64,000 nt of DNA, taken from Gaiellales bacterium (GTDB lineage Bacteria > Actinomycetota > Thermoleophilia > BMS3ABIN01). The DNA is taken from assembly GCA_003599855.1 (NCBI GenBank), contig QZKG01000047.1, forward strand, positions 1,037 through 65,036. The letters are read 5' to 3'. The position numbers were made by a program, and so were the translations under genes. Positions 18,917 to 29,647 of this stretch are shown piece after piece (the first letter of the stretch is position 1; the number at the start of each line of letters is the position of its first letter). Under the pieces are notes generated by a model that made no database searches, was not told where the DNA came from, and saw only the letters and a list, made by a program, of their open reading frames with translations.

Positions 18917-20695
18917 TCAATCCGCCGCACCGCCCCCCTTCGCTTCGAACGCCAGCCACGAAGTCAGGCCCAAAAGCGTGAAGAACATGAACAGCACGCC
19001 GGTCTGCCAGAGGTAGACATCCAGCAGCCCGTGCAGCACGTAGACGAACGTGCTCATCAAGAGCGCCAGCCCGAAATAGCGGAAGCCCTCGCCGGAATCG
19101 TTCCCCCGCGCCAGCCTGAACTGAGTCCAGGCGGCGGCCCCCAGCAGGTAGACCATGGTCGCCAGCCCGACGATGCCGTTGTTGGCGAGCGCCTCCAGGA
19201 ATATGTTGTGTGTCCGCAGGCGCTCGTCATGACGCGTGCCGGGGACGTACTCGCCGTAGCGCAGGCGGAACTGGTCAGAGCCGGCGCCCAGCACCGGGCT
19301 GTCCTTGAACATGAGCCAGGCGGCTTCCCACAGCTTGCTGCGGGAGACCGACTCCAGGATCGGCTCGGTGATTATGATCCTGCTCAGGGGCGGCTCCTCT
19401 GCCAGCTCGAAGGTCCGGCTGCCGGCGGCGTCGATCTCGACGGGGACCACCAGCGGGTAGACCCCGGCGTCCGAGAACCAGCTGACGTGTGTCTTGAACA
19501 GGTCGAAGAGCAGCAGGTAGCGGCCGTGATCCGCCGGCGTGTCGAAGACGACCTCGACGTCGGTCGTCGCGTCCACCGGTACGTCGTGGGGCAGCAGGGT
19601 CGGGCGGCTCACGGCATCGCCGCGCTCAAGCTCCGGATAGCGGACCCAACGGTAGGAGATGAAGACCCGCTCCCGCCCGTCCCGGGCCCAGTCGATCCTG
19701 CTGGTGTTTGTCACCCGGACCGTGGCGGTATATTCCTGACCCGGCGCCATGCCCGAGGGCATGCGCGCCATGGAGTAAGTCGCGTTGTACCGCTGCTCCT
19801 GCTGGGCCAGGTTGAACCTGACCGCCACGGAGTTGCTGGCCAGGATGAGGACCCCCGTCACCAGCGGCAGCAGCGCCAGGGCCATGACCAGCATCCAGCG
19901 CACGCGCCGGTCCAGCCGCAGGACGAAGGCGAGCGCCAGACCGGCGGCCAGCGCCAGCGGCAACGCCACCAGCCCGCTGCGCGTATAGGTATAAACCTGG
20001 ACCACGAACACCAGGGCCATGAATGTCAGCGACGCCGCATAAAGCAGCCGCTGTCCGGGGGCGGATCTGGCGCGGGCCGCCAGCCACAGCGTCAAAGCCA
20101 GGATGACCGGCAGGGTGATCTCGAGGTAGAAGGAAAGAACTGTGGGGAAAGGCAGTGTCGAAGTCGTCCTGAGGTTGTAGAAGCTGCCGAAAGTCGTTAC
20201 GCCTTCCTGGAAGGCGGACAGGGGGTTCATGTAGTATCTCGCGAAGATGAAGGTCTCCACCAGCCCCACCAGCACCACCACCAGGACGGTCACGGCCACT
20301 GCTGCCGCCACGACCATGTGGGAATGGTACTTCTTCCCGGGGAGCCGGGACATGCCGAAGTAGACCAGGGCCGCGAAGGTCATCCTCAGAGAGTACTTGA
20401 GGGCGCTGGGACGGTCCTCTGCCAGAACCGAAGACAAGAAGTTCCCGGCAACGAACAGCAGTACCGCCAGATCAAGGGCGCGGCGGCCGGATAGCGGCGG
20501 CCGGGCAACCACCCACCAGTAGAGGCAGGACGCCAGGAAGACACCGGCAGCCAGCTCGGATGTGGTGAAGGACACCGGGCCCACCGTGGCAACAGGTTCT
20601 ATCAGCTCGAAGGCAGTGGAGAAGATGACGATGCACACGCCCGCCAGCACGACCCGCGCCGGGGCCAGCCTTCCCGCTTCAGACACGGGCCGCAT
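18917..20695 (-). CDS. O-antigen ligase (WaaL-like) family membrane protein with inserted Ig-like domain
   Basis: TYTRSG, R..LWEAAW.MF...P.LGAG..F, HNIFLE; beta-rich insert (PGQEYTATVRVTNT..W..SYRW..GRY.L.FD) in the large loop. Confidence 0.8.
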   Translation of the reverse strand: MRPVSEAGRLAPARVVLAGVCIVIFSTAFELIEPVATVGPVSFTTSELAAGVFLASCLYWWVVARPPLSGRRALDLAVLLFVAGNFLSSVLAEDRPSALKYSLRMTFAALVYFGMSRLPGKKYHSHMVVAAAVAVTVLVVVLVGLVETFIFARYYMNPLSAFQEGVTTFGSFYNLRTTSTLPFPTVLSFYLEITLPVILALTLWLAARARSAPGQRLLYAASLTFMALVFVVQVYTYTRSGLVALPLALAAGLALAFVLRLDRRVRWMLVMALALLPLVTGVLILASNSVAVRFNLAQQEQRYNATYSMARMPSGMAPGQEYTATVRVTNTSRIDWARDGRERVFISYRWVRYPELERGDAVSRPTLLPHDVPVDATTDVEVVFDTPADHGRYLLLFDLFKTHVSWFSDAGVYPLVVPVEIDAAGSRTFELAEEPPLSRIIITEPILESVSRSKLWEAAWLMFKDSPVLGAGSDQFRLRYGEYVPGTRHDERLRTHNIFLEALANNGIVGLATMVYLLGAAAWTQFRLARGNDSGEGFRYFGLALLMSTFVYVLHGLLDVYLWQTGVLFMFFTLLGLTSWLAFEAKGGGAAD

Positions 20696-21794
20696 CGCGC
20701 AGTATCTCCAGAGTCTCCCGGGCTGCCCGCTCCCAGCTGAACCGGGCAGCCTGCTCGAGCCCCCTGGCCCTGAGCCGGGCTGCCAGACCCTCGTCGCTGA
20801 CGACTTCGGTGATGGCGCGGGCGAGATCGTCCATGTCCAGCGGGTCGACGTAGACGCCGGCTTCGCCCACCACCTCAGGCAGGGACGAACTACGCGAGAC
20901 GATCACCGGCGTTCCCGATGCCATGGCCTCCAGCGGCGGCAGGCCGAACCCTTCATACAGGGACGGGTAGATGAACGCGCTCGCCTGCCGGTAGAGAGAC
21001 GGCAGGTAGCGGTCCCGTACATATCCGGTCACATGCACCCGGCCGAGGAGGTCCCTGCGCTCCAGCTCGTCGAATATCGCCTGAGCCATCCAGCCGCGTT
21101 TGCCGGCCAGCACCAGGTGCAGGTCGGGCATCTGGCGCGAGACCCTGTCAAAACCCTTGATGAGCAGATTGAGGTTCTTGCGCGGCTCCAGCGTGCCCAC
21201 GAACAGGACGTACGGCCTGGTGATGCCGTAGTGTTTCAGGGCCTCCTCATCATCGGTCTCAGGCTCCGGGTTGAAGCGGGGGTCCACCCCTTCATGGACG
21301 ACGCTCACCTTGGAAGCGTTGACATTCATGCCCCGGAGCAGGTCGAGCTTGGTGTTGTGGGACACCGCTATCACCCGGCTGGCCCGCCGTGTCGAAACGG
21401 GAACGAGGCTGCGCGTCCAGATGACGTTGCGCAGCTTGTGCGTCCTCGGGAAGAGCTTGAAGGAGAGGTCGTGTATCGTCAGCACCATCGGGCAATGGGC
21501 CAGCACCGAAAGAACGAAGTTGGTGAAGAAGCAGACATCGATGTTGTGCCGCCGCAACAGCAGCGGCAGCAACAGCTGCCGCCACGGCTCCTGGTAACGG
21601 AAGTTGCTGTGCACGACCGTGACGTTGTCCCGCGCGGCGGCCTCGGCCTCGAAACCAGTCTCGCGAGTGCTGAAAAGGAAGAGCCGCTCGTCAGGGCCGA
21701 GCAACTCGGCCATGGCGTGGACGAGCTGGTGAGTGTACCACTCCACACCGCTCTTGTTTGTCTGTATCGCCGACAGATCGACGCCGATGTTCAT
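20679..21794 (-). CDS. GT4 glycosyltransferase
   Basis: [39 protein letters not shown]. Confidence 0.92.
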   Translation of the reverse strand: MNIGVDLSAIQTNKSGVEWYTHQLVHAMAELLGPDERLFLFSTRETGFEAEAAARDNVTVVHSNFRYQEPWRQLLLPLLLRRHNIDVCFFTNFVLSVLAHCPMVLTIHDLSFKLFPRTHKLRNVIWTRSLVPVSTRRASRVIAVSHNTKLDLLRGMNVNASKVSVVHEGVDPRFNPEPETDDEEALKHYGITRPYVLFVGTLEPRKNLNLLIKGFDRVSRQMPDLHLVLAGKRGWMAQAIFDELERRDLLGRVHVTGYVRDRYLPSLYRQASAFIYPSLYEGFGLPPLEAMASGTPVIVSRSSSLPEVVGEAGVYVDPLDMDDLARAITEVVSDEGLAARLRARGLEQAARFSWERAARETLEILRDAARV

Positions 21795-21917
21795 TGATCA
21801 GCCGTCCCCATGCCAAAAAAGTGGATGCCCGCCACACCTCCCGGCCGGCTGGCTGCGCCCGGTAACAGGTCAGACGGACCTTTGGACCATGACAGTATAT
21901 ACCAAAATAACAACAGC

Positions 21918-23042
21918 CTAACGGCCCAGGAACTCCTGGATCATAGCCTGGCTCTCCCCCTCATCGAGGACGACATAGGAGATCCCGCCGATATCCTGTC
22001 CGTAACCCGCCAGAACGAACTTGCGGTTGTTCTCGGGCGGCGTGCGGAACTTGACCCAGGCCAGGCGCATCAGCTCAGGCGTGGTCATGTCTGTGGTGAT
22101 GCTGTCGATCATCGTCGGCGCGGTGATGGGCATCCTCGCCAGGTTCGCCGGGCTCGCCATGCTCTTCTGCAGCGCCTCCATGAACTGCTGCTGTCGCGCC
22201 ATGCGCTGGAAGTCGTTATCGGAGTAGCGCACCCGCACATATATCAGCGCCGTCTCGCCATCCATGTGCTGCGGCCCTGCATCAAAATGCACCTCGGTCC
22301 ATTCGACGCCCTGGGGGTATTGCGAATCGATGGGCGCCGGGACGTCGATATCGACCCCCCCGAGGCTGTCGACAATGGCCGGGAACCCGTCGAAATCGAT
22401 CTCCACGTAATGATGGACCGGCAGCCCGGTCAGATCCTCGACCGCCTCGATCTGCAGGGCGGGACCGCCGTAGCTGTAGGCGGAGTTGATCTTGCCTTCG
22501 CCGTAGCCGGGGATGTCCGCCAGCGTGTCCCTGGGGATCGAGAGCTGCGAGATCACCTTGTCCCCCGCATCCACCCTCATCATCAGCAGGGTATCGGCGC
22601 GGGCTGACTCCCCGGGCCGCTGGTCGCTGCCTATGAAAAGGATGTTGACGGGCGAGGAAGAGAGCCCGAAAGAGCTGTCCAGCGCCGCCATGGCGTCGTC
22701 CGGCACCCGGTCGTTGCTCTCGCGCACCGCGCGGTCGACACGCCAGTAGGAGATGCCGGCGAGCGCCAGTATGGCCACCAGCGCGACCACGAGCCCGTAG
22801 AGGACGACCCTGCCCCAGCGGACCGGTTTGACGGGACGGCGCTCCTGGCCGCCGCCAGGACGCGGCGCCGCGGCGTCCGGCGTCCGCTCAGTCTCCGGCC
22901 AGGACTGCCAGTCCTCCTCCTGACGGACGGGAACGGTGCCCTCCCCACGCTTCCGCCCGCGTTTCAGCTCCTTGTCGAGCGTCTTGCGGCTGCGCAACCG
23001 CGAGCTCTTGTAGCGCTTGTATGGTTTCTGTTCGTTATCCAA
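21918..23042 (-). CDS. LytR-CpsA-Psr (LCP) family cell-wall polymer transferase
   Basis: Single TM; NILFIGSDQR, RADTLL, SIPRD, KINSAY, R.R..DF.R..RQQ. Confidence 0.93.
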   Translation of the reverse strand: MDNEQKPYKRYKSSRLRSRKTLDKELKRGRKRGEGTVPVRQEEDWQSWPETERTPDAAAPRPGGGQERRPVKPVRWGRVVLYGLVVALVAILALAGISYWRVDRAVRESNDRVPDDAMAALDSSFGLSSSPVNILFIGSDQRPGESARADTLLMMRVDAGDKVISQLSIPRDTLADIPGYGEGKINSAYSYGGPALQIEAVEDLTGLPVHHYVEIDFDGFPAIVDSLGGVDIDVPAPIDSQYPQGVEWTEVHFDAGPQHMDGETALIYVRVRYSDNDFQRMARQQQFMEALQKSMASPANLARMPITAPTMIDSITTDMTTPELMRLAWVKFRTPPENNRKFVLAGYGQDIGGISYVVLDEGESQAMIQEFLGR

Positions 23043-23154
23043 GTCTTGTGTTCAGAGGAGTGTTTCGGCCAGGGCACGGCACCGGGCACGACCTAGAACT
23101 ATAACATTTTACACGGAAAGAAGGGGAAGTTGCGCCGGCGGGCGCGCCCGGACC

Positions 23155-23667
23155 TCAGAGGGAGAGCTGGAAGGAGAGGTGATACGCGGCCAGCAGGCCG
23201 TAGAGGACGGTCAGGGCCGACAGCCCCCGCGCCGCGAAGGGCAGATGGCGGTTGCGCCAGAGCACGTAGGATCCCAGGCCGACGACCAGGGTCTTGATGA
23301 ACATCGCCAGCGGCAGGTTGACCTCGAGCAGCGAGGCCATCACCGGGTTCCCTTCCGCGTATCCCAGGGAAAGCGCCCGGGCGGTCATCAGGCAGTCGAT
23401 GAGATTGAACAGCGCCAGCAGCGCCAGCAGGTGCAAGGCAGCCGGCCTGTCCCTGCCGGATATCTCTCCGGCGGCAGCGGCCCCCGCGTAGCTGAAAGCA
23501 GGCGCGGGCAGGATGGCAGTCAGGGCCCGGCGCTCCGGCAGGGACCATTGCACCCTGCCCTGTTCCCGGGACCGCCGCTCGCCTATCAGGAACTCGCAGG
23601 CGGAGCAGCCTGCGCCGCAATCCGACCTGATCTCACTGTTTGCTGAGCATACGAGAGCTCCCGGCAT
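23155..23667 (-). CDS. Small membrane protein, DUF5658-like
   Basis: LFNLIDCLMT..L..G..EGNPVM..L, F..K pattern; Cys/Arg-rich N-terminus. Confidence 0.65.
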   Translation of the reverse strand: MPGALVCSANSEIRSDCGAGCSACEFLIGERRSREQGRVQWSLPERRALTAILPAPAFSYAGAAAAGEISGRDRPAALHLLALLALFNLIDCLMTARALSLGYAEGNPVMASLLEVNLPLAMFIKTLVVGLGSYVLWRNRHLPFAARGLSALTVLYGLLAAYHLSFQLSL

Positions 23668-23884
23668 ACCCTGCGATCCCTCCAGATAATAGTAATCAGG
23701 CTTCTTTGTACCATTTGAAGGGGTGCTTAATCAATACCCCGGAAGTATCCCGATGAGCCGCGCGGGCGCCGCTGACCGGCTGCCGCAACCGGAAAAGCGC
23801 CGGAGACGCCGCCTGTTATTGAAATGCCCTGGCCTTTTCTGTAGAGTTTCCCCGCGAATAACTGAAAGCCGGACCAGGGCGGAT

Positions 23885-24850
23885 ATGGCAGAAAGAATCG
23901 TCATCGGAGTCGACATCGGCGGCACAACCACGGCCGCCGGGCTGGTGGACCAGCGGCTCGAGGTCATCGACTCCGTGGAGCAGGAAACCGTCACTTTGAG
24001 CCAGGAGCAGCTCCTGAACTGCCTGGCCGGGATAATCTCCGGCCTCGCCTCCCGCTCGCCGGCGCCGGTGGCGGCCATCGGCTTCGGCATCCCATCCATG
24101 ATCGACCGCGCCGCCGGCCGGGCCGTGATGTCGGTGAACATCCCCCTGGCCGACATCGATTTCGTCACCTACATGACAGGGCGCACCGGACTGCCCGTCT
24201 TCATCGACAACGACGCCAACGTCGCGGCGCTCGCCGAGCATCGCGCCGGCGCCGGGACCGGCACCCGCCAGATGGTCATGATCACGGTGGGAACCGGCAT
24301 CGGCGGCGGACTCATCATCGACGGCTCCGTCTACCGGGGGGCCGGCGGCAGCGCCGCCGAACTGGGGCACATGGTCATCGATGTCAACGGCCCCGAGTGC
24401 CCCGGCGCCTGCGGCAACCGCGGCTGCTTCGAGGCGATGGCCTCCGGCACCGCGCTCAGGCGCTACGCGCTGGAGGCCGCCGGCGCCGATCCCGGCTCGG
24501 CATTGGGCCGGGCTGTCTCCGAGGGCAGTGATGTCGACGGCGCCCTGGTTTCCCGGCTGGCCCGTGAGGGCGACAGCGCCAGCGCCGCCGTCATGGCAAA
24601 GGTCGGTTTCTATCTCGGCGTCGGCATCACCAGCCTGGTCAACATCTTCAACCCTGAGGTCTTCGTGGTGGGCGGCGGCGTCGCCCAGGCCGGCGAGCTG
24701 CTCCTGGAACCGGCCGTCAGCCACTTGCGCCGCACCGGCCTCAGGCCCAATCGCGACACGGTGCGCGTGGTCACGGCGTCGCTGGGGCCCCGGGCCGGCA
24801 TGCTGGGGGCAGCCTGCATGGCCCTGGACGAGAGCACGCCAGCAGACTGA
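23885..24850 (+). CDS. ROK family sugar kinase (glucokinase-like)
   Basis: GVDIGGT, DNDANVAALAE, GTGIGGG, AELGHM..C.GACGNRGCFE. ATG at 23885 chosen. Confidence 0.92.
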   Translation: MAERIVIGVDIGGTTTAAGLVDQRLEVIDSVEQETVTLSQEQLLNCLAGIISGLASRSPAPVAAIGFGIPSMIDRAAGRAVMSVNIPLADIDFVTYMTGRTGLPVFIDNDANVAALAEHRAGAGTGTRQMVMITVGTGIGGGLIIDGSVYRGAGGSAAELGHMVIDVNGPECPGACGNRGCFEAMASGTALRRYALEAAGADPGSALGRAVSEGSDVDGALVSRLAREGDSASAAVMAKVGFYLGVGITSLVNIFNPEVFVVGGGVAQAGELLLEPAVSHLRRTGLRPNRDTVRVVTASLGPRAGMLGAACMALDESTPAD

Positions 24851-24862
24851 CGAAAGGAAGCC

Positions 24863-26017
24863 ATGCCCCACAAGGTCTACTTCATATCAAGCCGCGCCGA
24901 CAGCAGGGAGCGCAACGTCAAGAAGTACCGCCGCATGCTGCGTGAGCTCGATTTCGGGCGGATCATCACCTCCGGCGACCTGGTCGCCATCAAGACCAGT
25001 TTCGGGGAACAGGGGAACCTGACCTACCTGCGCCCCCAGTACGCGCGGCTGGTGGTGGACGAGGTGAAGCGGCTCGGCGGCAAGCCGTTCCTGACCGACA
25101 GCAATACCCTTTACGCCGGCGGGCGACAGAACTCGCGGGATCACATCGTGACCGCCGTGGAGAACGGGTTCACCTACAGCGTCACCGGCGCGCCGGTGGT
25201 CATCGCCGATGGCCTCAAGGGTCGTGATTTCCGCACCGTCCCCATCGAAGGCAGGCATTTCAGTGAGGCCAAGATCGCGGCGCTGGCCCTCGACAGCAAC
25301 GCCATCATCTCCCTGGCCCACTTCAAGGGACACATGGTCTGCGGCTTCGGCGGGGCCATCAAGAACCTCGGCATGGGCTTCGGCGCCCGCTCCGGCAAGC
25401 AGATGATGCACTCCGATGTGCTGCCCGTGGTGAAGCCGGATGAGTGCACCGCCTGCGCCCAGTGCATCAAGTGGTGCCCCGAGGACGCCATCGCCCTGGT
25501 CCCGCACGAGCGCGCGGATGGCAAGGGCGTGAAGGTGGCCCTGATCGACCCCGAAGCCTGCATCGGCTGCGGCGAGTGCGTCGCCACCTGCTTCGAGGGC
25601 GCCATCGACATCAACTGGAAGTCCGACCCGGCGATAGTGCAGGAGAAGATGGCAGAATATGCCACAGCCGCGCTTACCGAGACCAGGACGAAGTTCGCCG
25701 CCATCAACCATGTCATGGACGTCACCCCCGACTGCGACTGCCTCGGCTGGAGCGACAATCCCATCGTCCCCAACATCGGCATCGTCGCGTCGTTCGACCC
25801 GGTGGCGGCCGACGCCGCCGCCCTCGACCTGGTCAACCAGGCCGCCGGCATCAGCGACAGCGCCCTGCCCCGGGAGGGCTCCGGGGAGGACAAGTTCGGC
25901 TCCATCCACAAGGGGATCGACTCCACGGCGCAGTTGAGGCACGCCGAGAGCCTCGGCCTGGGCAGCGCCTCGTATGAGCTGGTCCCGCTCGACAGGGCTG
26001 AAACCGAAGAGGATTAA
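24863..26017 (+). CDS. DUF362 domain iron-sulfur protein with 2[4Fe-4S] insert
   Basis: VAIK..FGEQGN, DSNTLY, HFKGH..GFGGAIKNLGMG, two CxxCxxCxxxC motifs, CDC, DPVA.D.A. Confidence 0.88.
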   Translation: MPHKVYFISSRADSRERNVKKYRRMLRELDFGRIITSGDLVAIKTSFGEQGNLTYLRPQYARLVVDEVKRLGGKPFLTDSNTLYAGGRQNSRDHIVTAVENGFTYSVTGAPVVIADGLKGRDFRTVPIEGRHFSEAKIAALALDSNAIISLAHFKGHMVCGFGGAIKNLGMGFGARSGKQMMHSDVLPVVKPDECTACAQCIKWCPEDAIALVPHERADGKGVKVALIDPEACIGCGECVATCFEGAIDINWKSDPAIVQEKMAEYATAALTETRTKFAAINHVMDVTPDCDCLGWSDNPIVPNIGIVASFDPVAADAAALDLVNQAAGISDSALPREGSGEDKFGSIHKGIDSTAQLRHAESLGLGSASYELVPLDRAETEED

Positions 26018-26060
26018 GAATGCGGCGTCATGACCGCGCCCGCAAGGATGAAGGAGAGCG

Positions 26061-26231
26061 ATGCCCCACAGGATAAGCGACGAATGCCTGGTCTGCGGCG
26101 TCTGCGCTGACGAATGCCACAGCCATGCCATCACCGGCAGCGATGACGCCTTCGCCATCGACCCCGACTCCTGCGACGACTGCGGCGAATGCGCCGAGGT
26201 CTGCCCCAACGACGCCATCGATGGCTCCTGA
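26061..26231 (+). CDS. 2[4Fe-4S] ferredoxin, 56 aa
   Basis: Not in the ORF track. MPHRISDECLVCGVCADECHSHAITGSDDAFAIDPDSCDDCGECAEVCPNDAIDGS, preceded by AAGGAG. Confidence 0.92.
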   Translation: MPHRISDECLVCGVCADECHSHAITGSDDAFAIDPDSCDDCGECAEVCPNDAIDGS

Positions 26232-26264
26232 CGTACACCCGGACCCTGCCAGCGCGCGCCATTG

Positions 26265-27095
26265 ATGCTTCACGTCTGCCCGACACCCATCGGCAACCTC
26301 GGTGACATCACCACCCGCGTACTGGAAACGCTCAGAAAGGTCGACGTCATCGCTTCCGAGGATACCCGCCGCACCGGCCGGCTGCTGGCCCACTTCGCCA
26401 TAGACAAGCCGCAGCTCAGCTTTTTCGAGCACAACGAGGTCCGGCGCGTCCCGGAGATAATCGGGATGCTGAGGGAAGGCAGGGATGTCGCCCTGGTGTC
26501 CGATGCCGGCATGCCGGGCATCTGCGACCCCGGTTACCGCCTGATCGCAGCGGCCCTGGACGCGGGGCTGCCGGTGCAGGTCCTCCCGGGGCCGTCGGCG
26601 CTCGATACCGCGCTGGTCGCCTCCGGCTTCCCCACCGACTCATTCGTCTTCCTGGGATATATCCCCCGGAAGAGATCAGAGCGGGAACAGATGTTGCGGA
26701 TGATCGCTGCCGAAAGCCGCACCTGTGTCGCCTACGAGGTCCCCCACCGCCTGGCGGCAACCCTGGCTGCGGCGCCGGACATCATCGGCGACCGCCGGCT
26801 GGCTGTCTGCCGGGAGCTCACCAAGAAGTTCGAGGAGGTCGACCGGGGCACTGCCGCGGAGCTGGCTGCCCGCCTGCCGGAAAAGGTCAGGGGAGAGCTG
26901 GTCATCGTCTTCGCACCGGATGAGAAGGCGGCGCCGTCCGGGAACTGGGATGGCGAAGAGCTCGCGGAGGCCATCAGGGACCTGCTCGCCGCCGGCATCT
27001 CACCGCGGGTCGCCGCTGGCATCGCCTCCCGGCTGAGCGGCATCCCCCGCAACCGCGCATACAGCCTGGCGCTTGAGCTCAGGAAAGAGGGTTAG
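26265..27095 (+). CDS. rsmI: 16S rRNA (cytidine1402-2'-O)-methyltransferase
   Basis: TPIGNLGDIT.R, EDTRRT, VSDAGMPGICDPG, PGPSA, RELTKKFEE. Confidence 0.95.
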   Translation: MLHVCPTPIGNLGDITTRVLETLRKVDVIASEDTRRTGRLLAHFAIDKPQLSFFEHNEVRRVPEIIGMLREGRDVALVSDAGMPGICDPGYRLIAAALDAGLPVQVLPGPSALDTALVASGFPTDSFVFLGYIPRKRSEREQMLRMIAAESRTCVAYEVPHRLAATLAAAPDIIGDRRLAVCRELTKKFEEVDRGTAAELAARLPEKVRGELVIVFAPDEKAAPSGNWDGEELAEAIRDLLAAGISPRVAAGIASRLSGIPRNRAYSLALELRKEG

Positions 27096-27757
27096 GGCTC
27101 CCGCCCCGGTCTCTGAGCTGTCACGATCTCGAAGAAGCCGCGCCCTACAACCTCGCTGCCAGCAACATCGAACCCGCTTTCCTTCAGCTCCCTGCCTATC
27201 CCCCGCTGCCACATGTCCGTCAGGGTGTCCGTCTCGAACAGGCGCAGCAGGCGCATGGCGGCGCGCGTATACAGGGTGTCGGGAGCGCGCAGGTCGCCGA
27301 TCACCAGGCGGCCGCCCGGCCTCAGCACGCGCCAGACCTCGCGCAGGGCGTTGGCGCGGCCCTCGCGGTTCATCTCGTGGTAGGCCAGGGTGGTCATGGC
27401 CCGGTCGAAGGTAGCGTCCGGGAACGGCATGTCCTCGGAGTTTGCTACCAGGAACTCCACCGGTCGGCCGCGCGCCTTCCGCTCGGCCATGGCTATCATC
27501 CTGGGCGAGAGGTCGATCCCGGTCACGCTGGCCGTACCCGCCATTTCCGCCACGAGCATCGCCTGGGTGCCGGTGCCGCAGTTGAAATCGAGGACCCGCT
27601 GCCCGGCCCCGATCCCGGCGGCGGCGACCACCGCCCGGCGGAAAGCCCCCTCCCCGCCGGCGAAGACGAAGGCAAGGCTCAGGCCCCCGTCGTAGAAGCG
27701 GGCCAGCCTGCCGAACTCGTCGCGGTAATAGCCGGAAGTCTTCCTTCCCTGTTCCAT
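27092..27757 (-). CDS. Class I SAM-dependent methyltransferase (UbiE-like)
   Basis: VLDFNCGTG, GIDLSPRM, PFPDATFD, RVLRPGG. Confidence 0.85.
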   Translation of the reverse strand: MEQGRKTSGYYRDEFGRLARFYDGGLSLAFVFAGGEGAFRRAVVAAAGIGAGQRVLDFNCGTGTQAMLVAEMAGTASVTGIDLSPRMIAMAERKARGRPVEFLVANSEDMPFPDATFDRAMTTLAYHEMNREGRANALREVWRVLRPGGRLVIGDLRAPDTLYTRAAMRLLRLFETDTLTDMWQRGIGRELKESGFDVAGSEVVGRGFFEIVTAQRPGREP

Positions 27758-27959
27758 CGCCCCTCAATCATCGCTGCCTGCGCCCTGCCCTCATTAGACC
27801 CGGATCCCGCGGCCTTGAAACCCGCCATCCCAGCCGTTATTTCGGAGGTATCCGGCCACGCCTGGTTGAATAGACATGAAATAGAGTATCATTGGATGAA
27901 CATCAAACGCAGTCCTGAACGCGATTACGGAGGAAACAAGCATCCATGGAGCAGAGATC

Positions 27960-29456
27960 ATGAAAGTCCTGATGGTGTACCCTGAGTACCCGGATACCTT
28001 CTGGAGCTTCAGGAAGGTACTCCCCTACACGGGCAAGAAGGCGGTTTTCCCGCCGCTGGGCCTGCTGACCGTTGCCAACATGCTCCCGGCGGACTGGGAG
28101 AAGAAGGTCGTCGACCTGAACGCTTCGCGGCTCAGGGACGCCCATCTCGAGTGGGCCGACATGGTCATGGTCTCCGCCATGATCGTGCAGGAGGAATCGG
28201 CCGAAGCTGTGATCAGGCGGGCAAAAGCCGCCGGCAAGACCGTCGTCGCCGGAGGGCCGCTCTTCACCAACCAGAAGGAAGAGACCCAGGGCGTGGACTA
28301 CTTCGTCCTGGGAGAGGCGGAGGTCACCCTCCCCCGCTTCCTGGAAGACTTCGCCCGGGGCGAGGCCGGGCACCGCTACGAGCAGGATGGCGCGTGGCCC
28401 TCCCTTGAGCAGACGCCGGTTCCCGACTGGTCACTGGTCTCCCTGAAGAACTACACCACCATGGCGATCCAGAACTCGCGGGGATGCCCCCACAAGTGCG
28501 AGTTCTGCGACATCCGCATCATGTTCGGGCAAAAGCCCCGGTTGAAGAGCGGAGAAAAACTGGTAGCGGAGCTGCAGCACCTGTACGACGCCGGCTGGCG
28601 CGGGACGGTCTTCGTCGTCGACGACAACTTCATCGGCAACATCTCCAAGATCAAGGCAGCGCTGCCTAAGCTCGTCGACTGGCAGAGTGAGCATGGCTAT
28701 CCCTTCAAGCTGATGGCCGAGGCCGACGTGCGGCTCGCGGAGCACCCGGACCTGATGGCGCTGATGTCTTCAGCGAACTTCTACAAGGTCTTCATAGGCA
28801 TCGAGACACCGTCGCTGGAAAGCCTGAAGGAATGCGCCAAGTTCCAGAACGTGAGGATCGACCCGCTGAATGCCGTCCGCACCATCATGAGCTACGGTCT
28901 GGCGGTGATGATCGGCGTCATCGTCGGCTTCGACGCGGACGCTGAAAGAGAGGATATCTTCGCGGACCACATCCGCTACATCCGGGAGCTGGGCACACCA
29001 GCGGCCATGGTGGGCCTGCTGTCGGTCCTCCCCAAGACCGACCTGGAGAAACGGCTCATCAGCGAGGGAAGGTTGCTGGAACGCTCGCGGGGCGAGAACG
29101 CCGGGCAGCTCACCTTCGTCCCCAGGATGCCCGCGGATAAACTCATCGCCGGCTACCACCAGGTGCTCAGCAACATCTACTCGCCGAAGGTCTACTATCA
29201 GCGGGTCGAGGAATTCCTCAAGCATTACCGGCCCACCGTGCGCAAGAGCGTCGGCCGCCACAACCTGCGAGACATAAGGGCGTTCGTCATCAGCATCTTC
29301 AGGATAGGGCTTTTCTCCCGCAACGCCTGCCGTTACTGGCGCCTGCTGATAAAGGTGCTGGCAACGAAGCCCAAGGCGTTCTCGGAGACCGTGGAACTGA
29401 TCATCTGGGGCTGCCACTTCCAGGCTGTCACCAAGCGCATCATCCGCAGCGCCTGA
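27960..29456 (+). CDS. Cobalamin-binding radical SAM protein (DUF4070, HpnP-like family)
   Basis: YPDTFWSF, PPLGLLTVA, SRGCPHKCEFCDI, VDDNFIGN, FIGIETP. Confidence 0.88.
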   Translation: MKVLMVYPEYPDTFWSFRKVLPYTGKKAVFPPLGLLTVANMLPADWEKKVVDLNASRLRDAHLEWADMVMVSAMIVQEESAEAVIRRAKAAGKTVVAGGPLFTNQKEETQGVDYFVLGEAEVTLPRFLEDFARGEAGHRYEQDGAWPSLEQTPVPDWSLVSLKNYTTMAIQNSRGCPHKCEFCDIRIMFGQKPRLKSGEKLVAELQHLYDAGWRGTVFVVDDNFIGNISKIKAALPKLVDWQSEHGYPFKLMAEADVRLAEHPDLMALMSSANFYKVFIGIETPSLESLKECAKFQNVRIDPLNAVRTIMSYGLAVMIGVIVGFDADAEREDIFADHIRYIRELGTPAAMVGLLSVLPKTDLEKRLISEGRLLERSRGENAGQLTFVPRMPADKLIAGYHQVLSNIYSPKVYYQRVEEFLKHYRPTVRKSVGRHNLRDIRAFVISIFRIGLFSRNACRYWRLLIKVLATKPKAFSETVELIIWGCHFQAVTKRIIRSA

Positions 29457-29647
29457 GACCCGCAAGCGAGCCAGCTCCGGCTCTCCCTCAAGGGGCCAGG
29501 ATAACCATGCGCGCATTCCGGCAGGAGCACCGCCGGCTGCCTAGCAGACCATCGCCGTCGACTTGTGATATGGTTTGACGAGTCGGACCGATATCGCCTG
29601 AAAGGAAATGACGGCCAGCCGCTGGCGGCCGCTCGAACAGGAATCCC

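Noticed and set aside
27960-29456. Calling the DUF4070 radical SAM hpnP (hopanoid methylase)
   Set aside because: Family resemblance only; no hopanoid genes in the window, and the family is broad.
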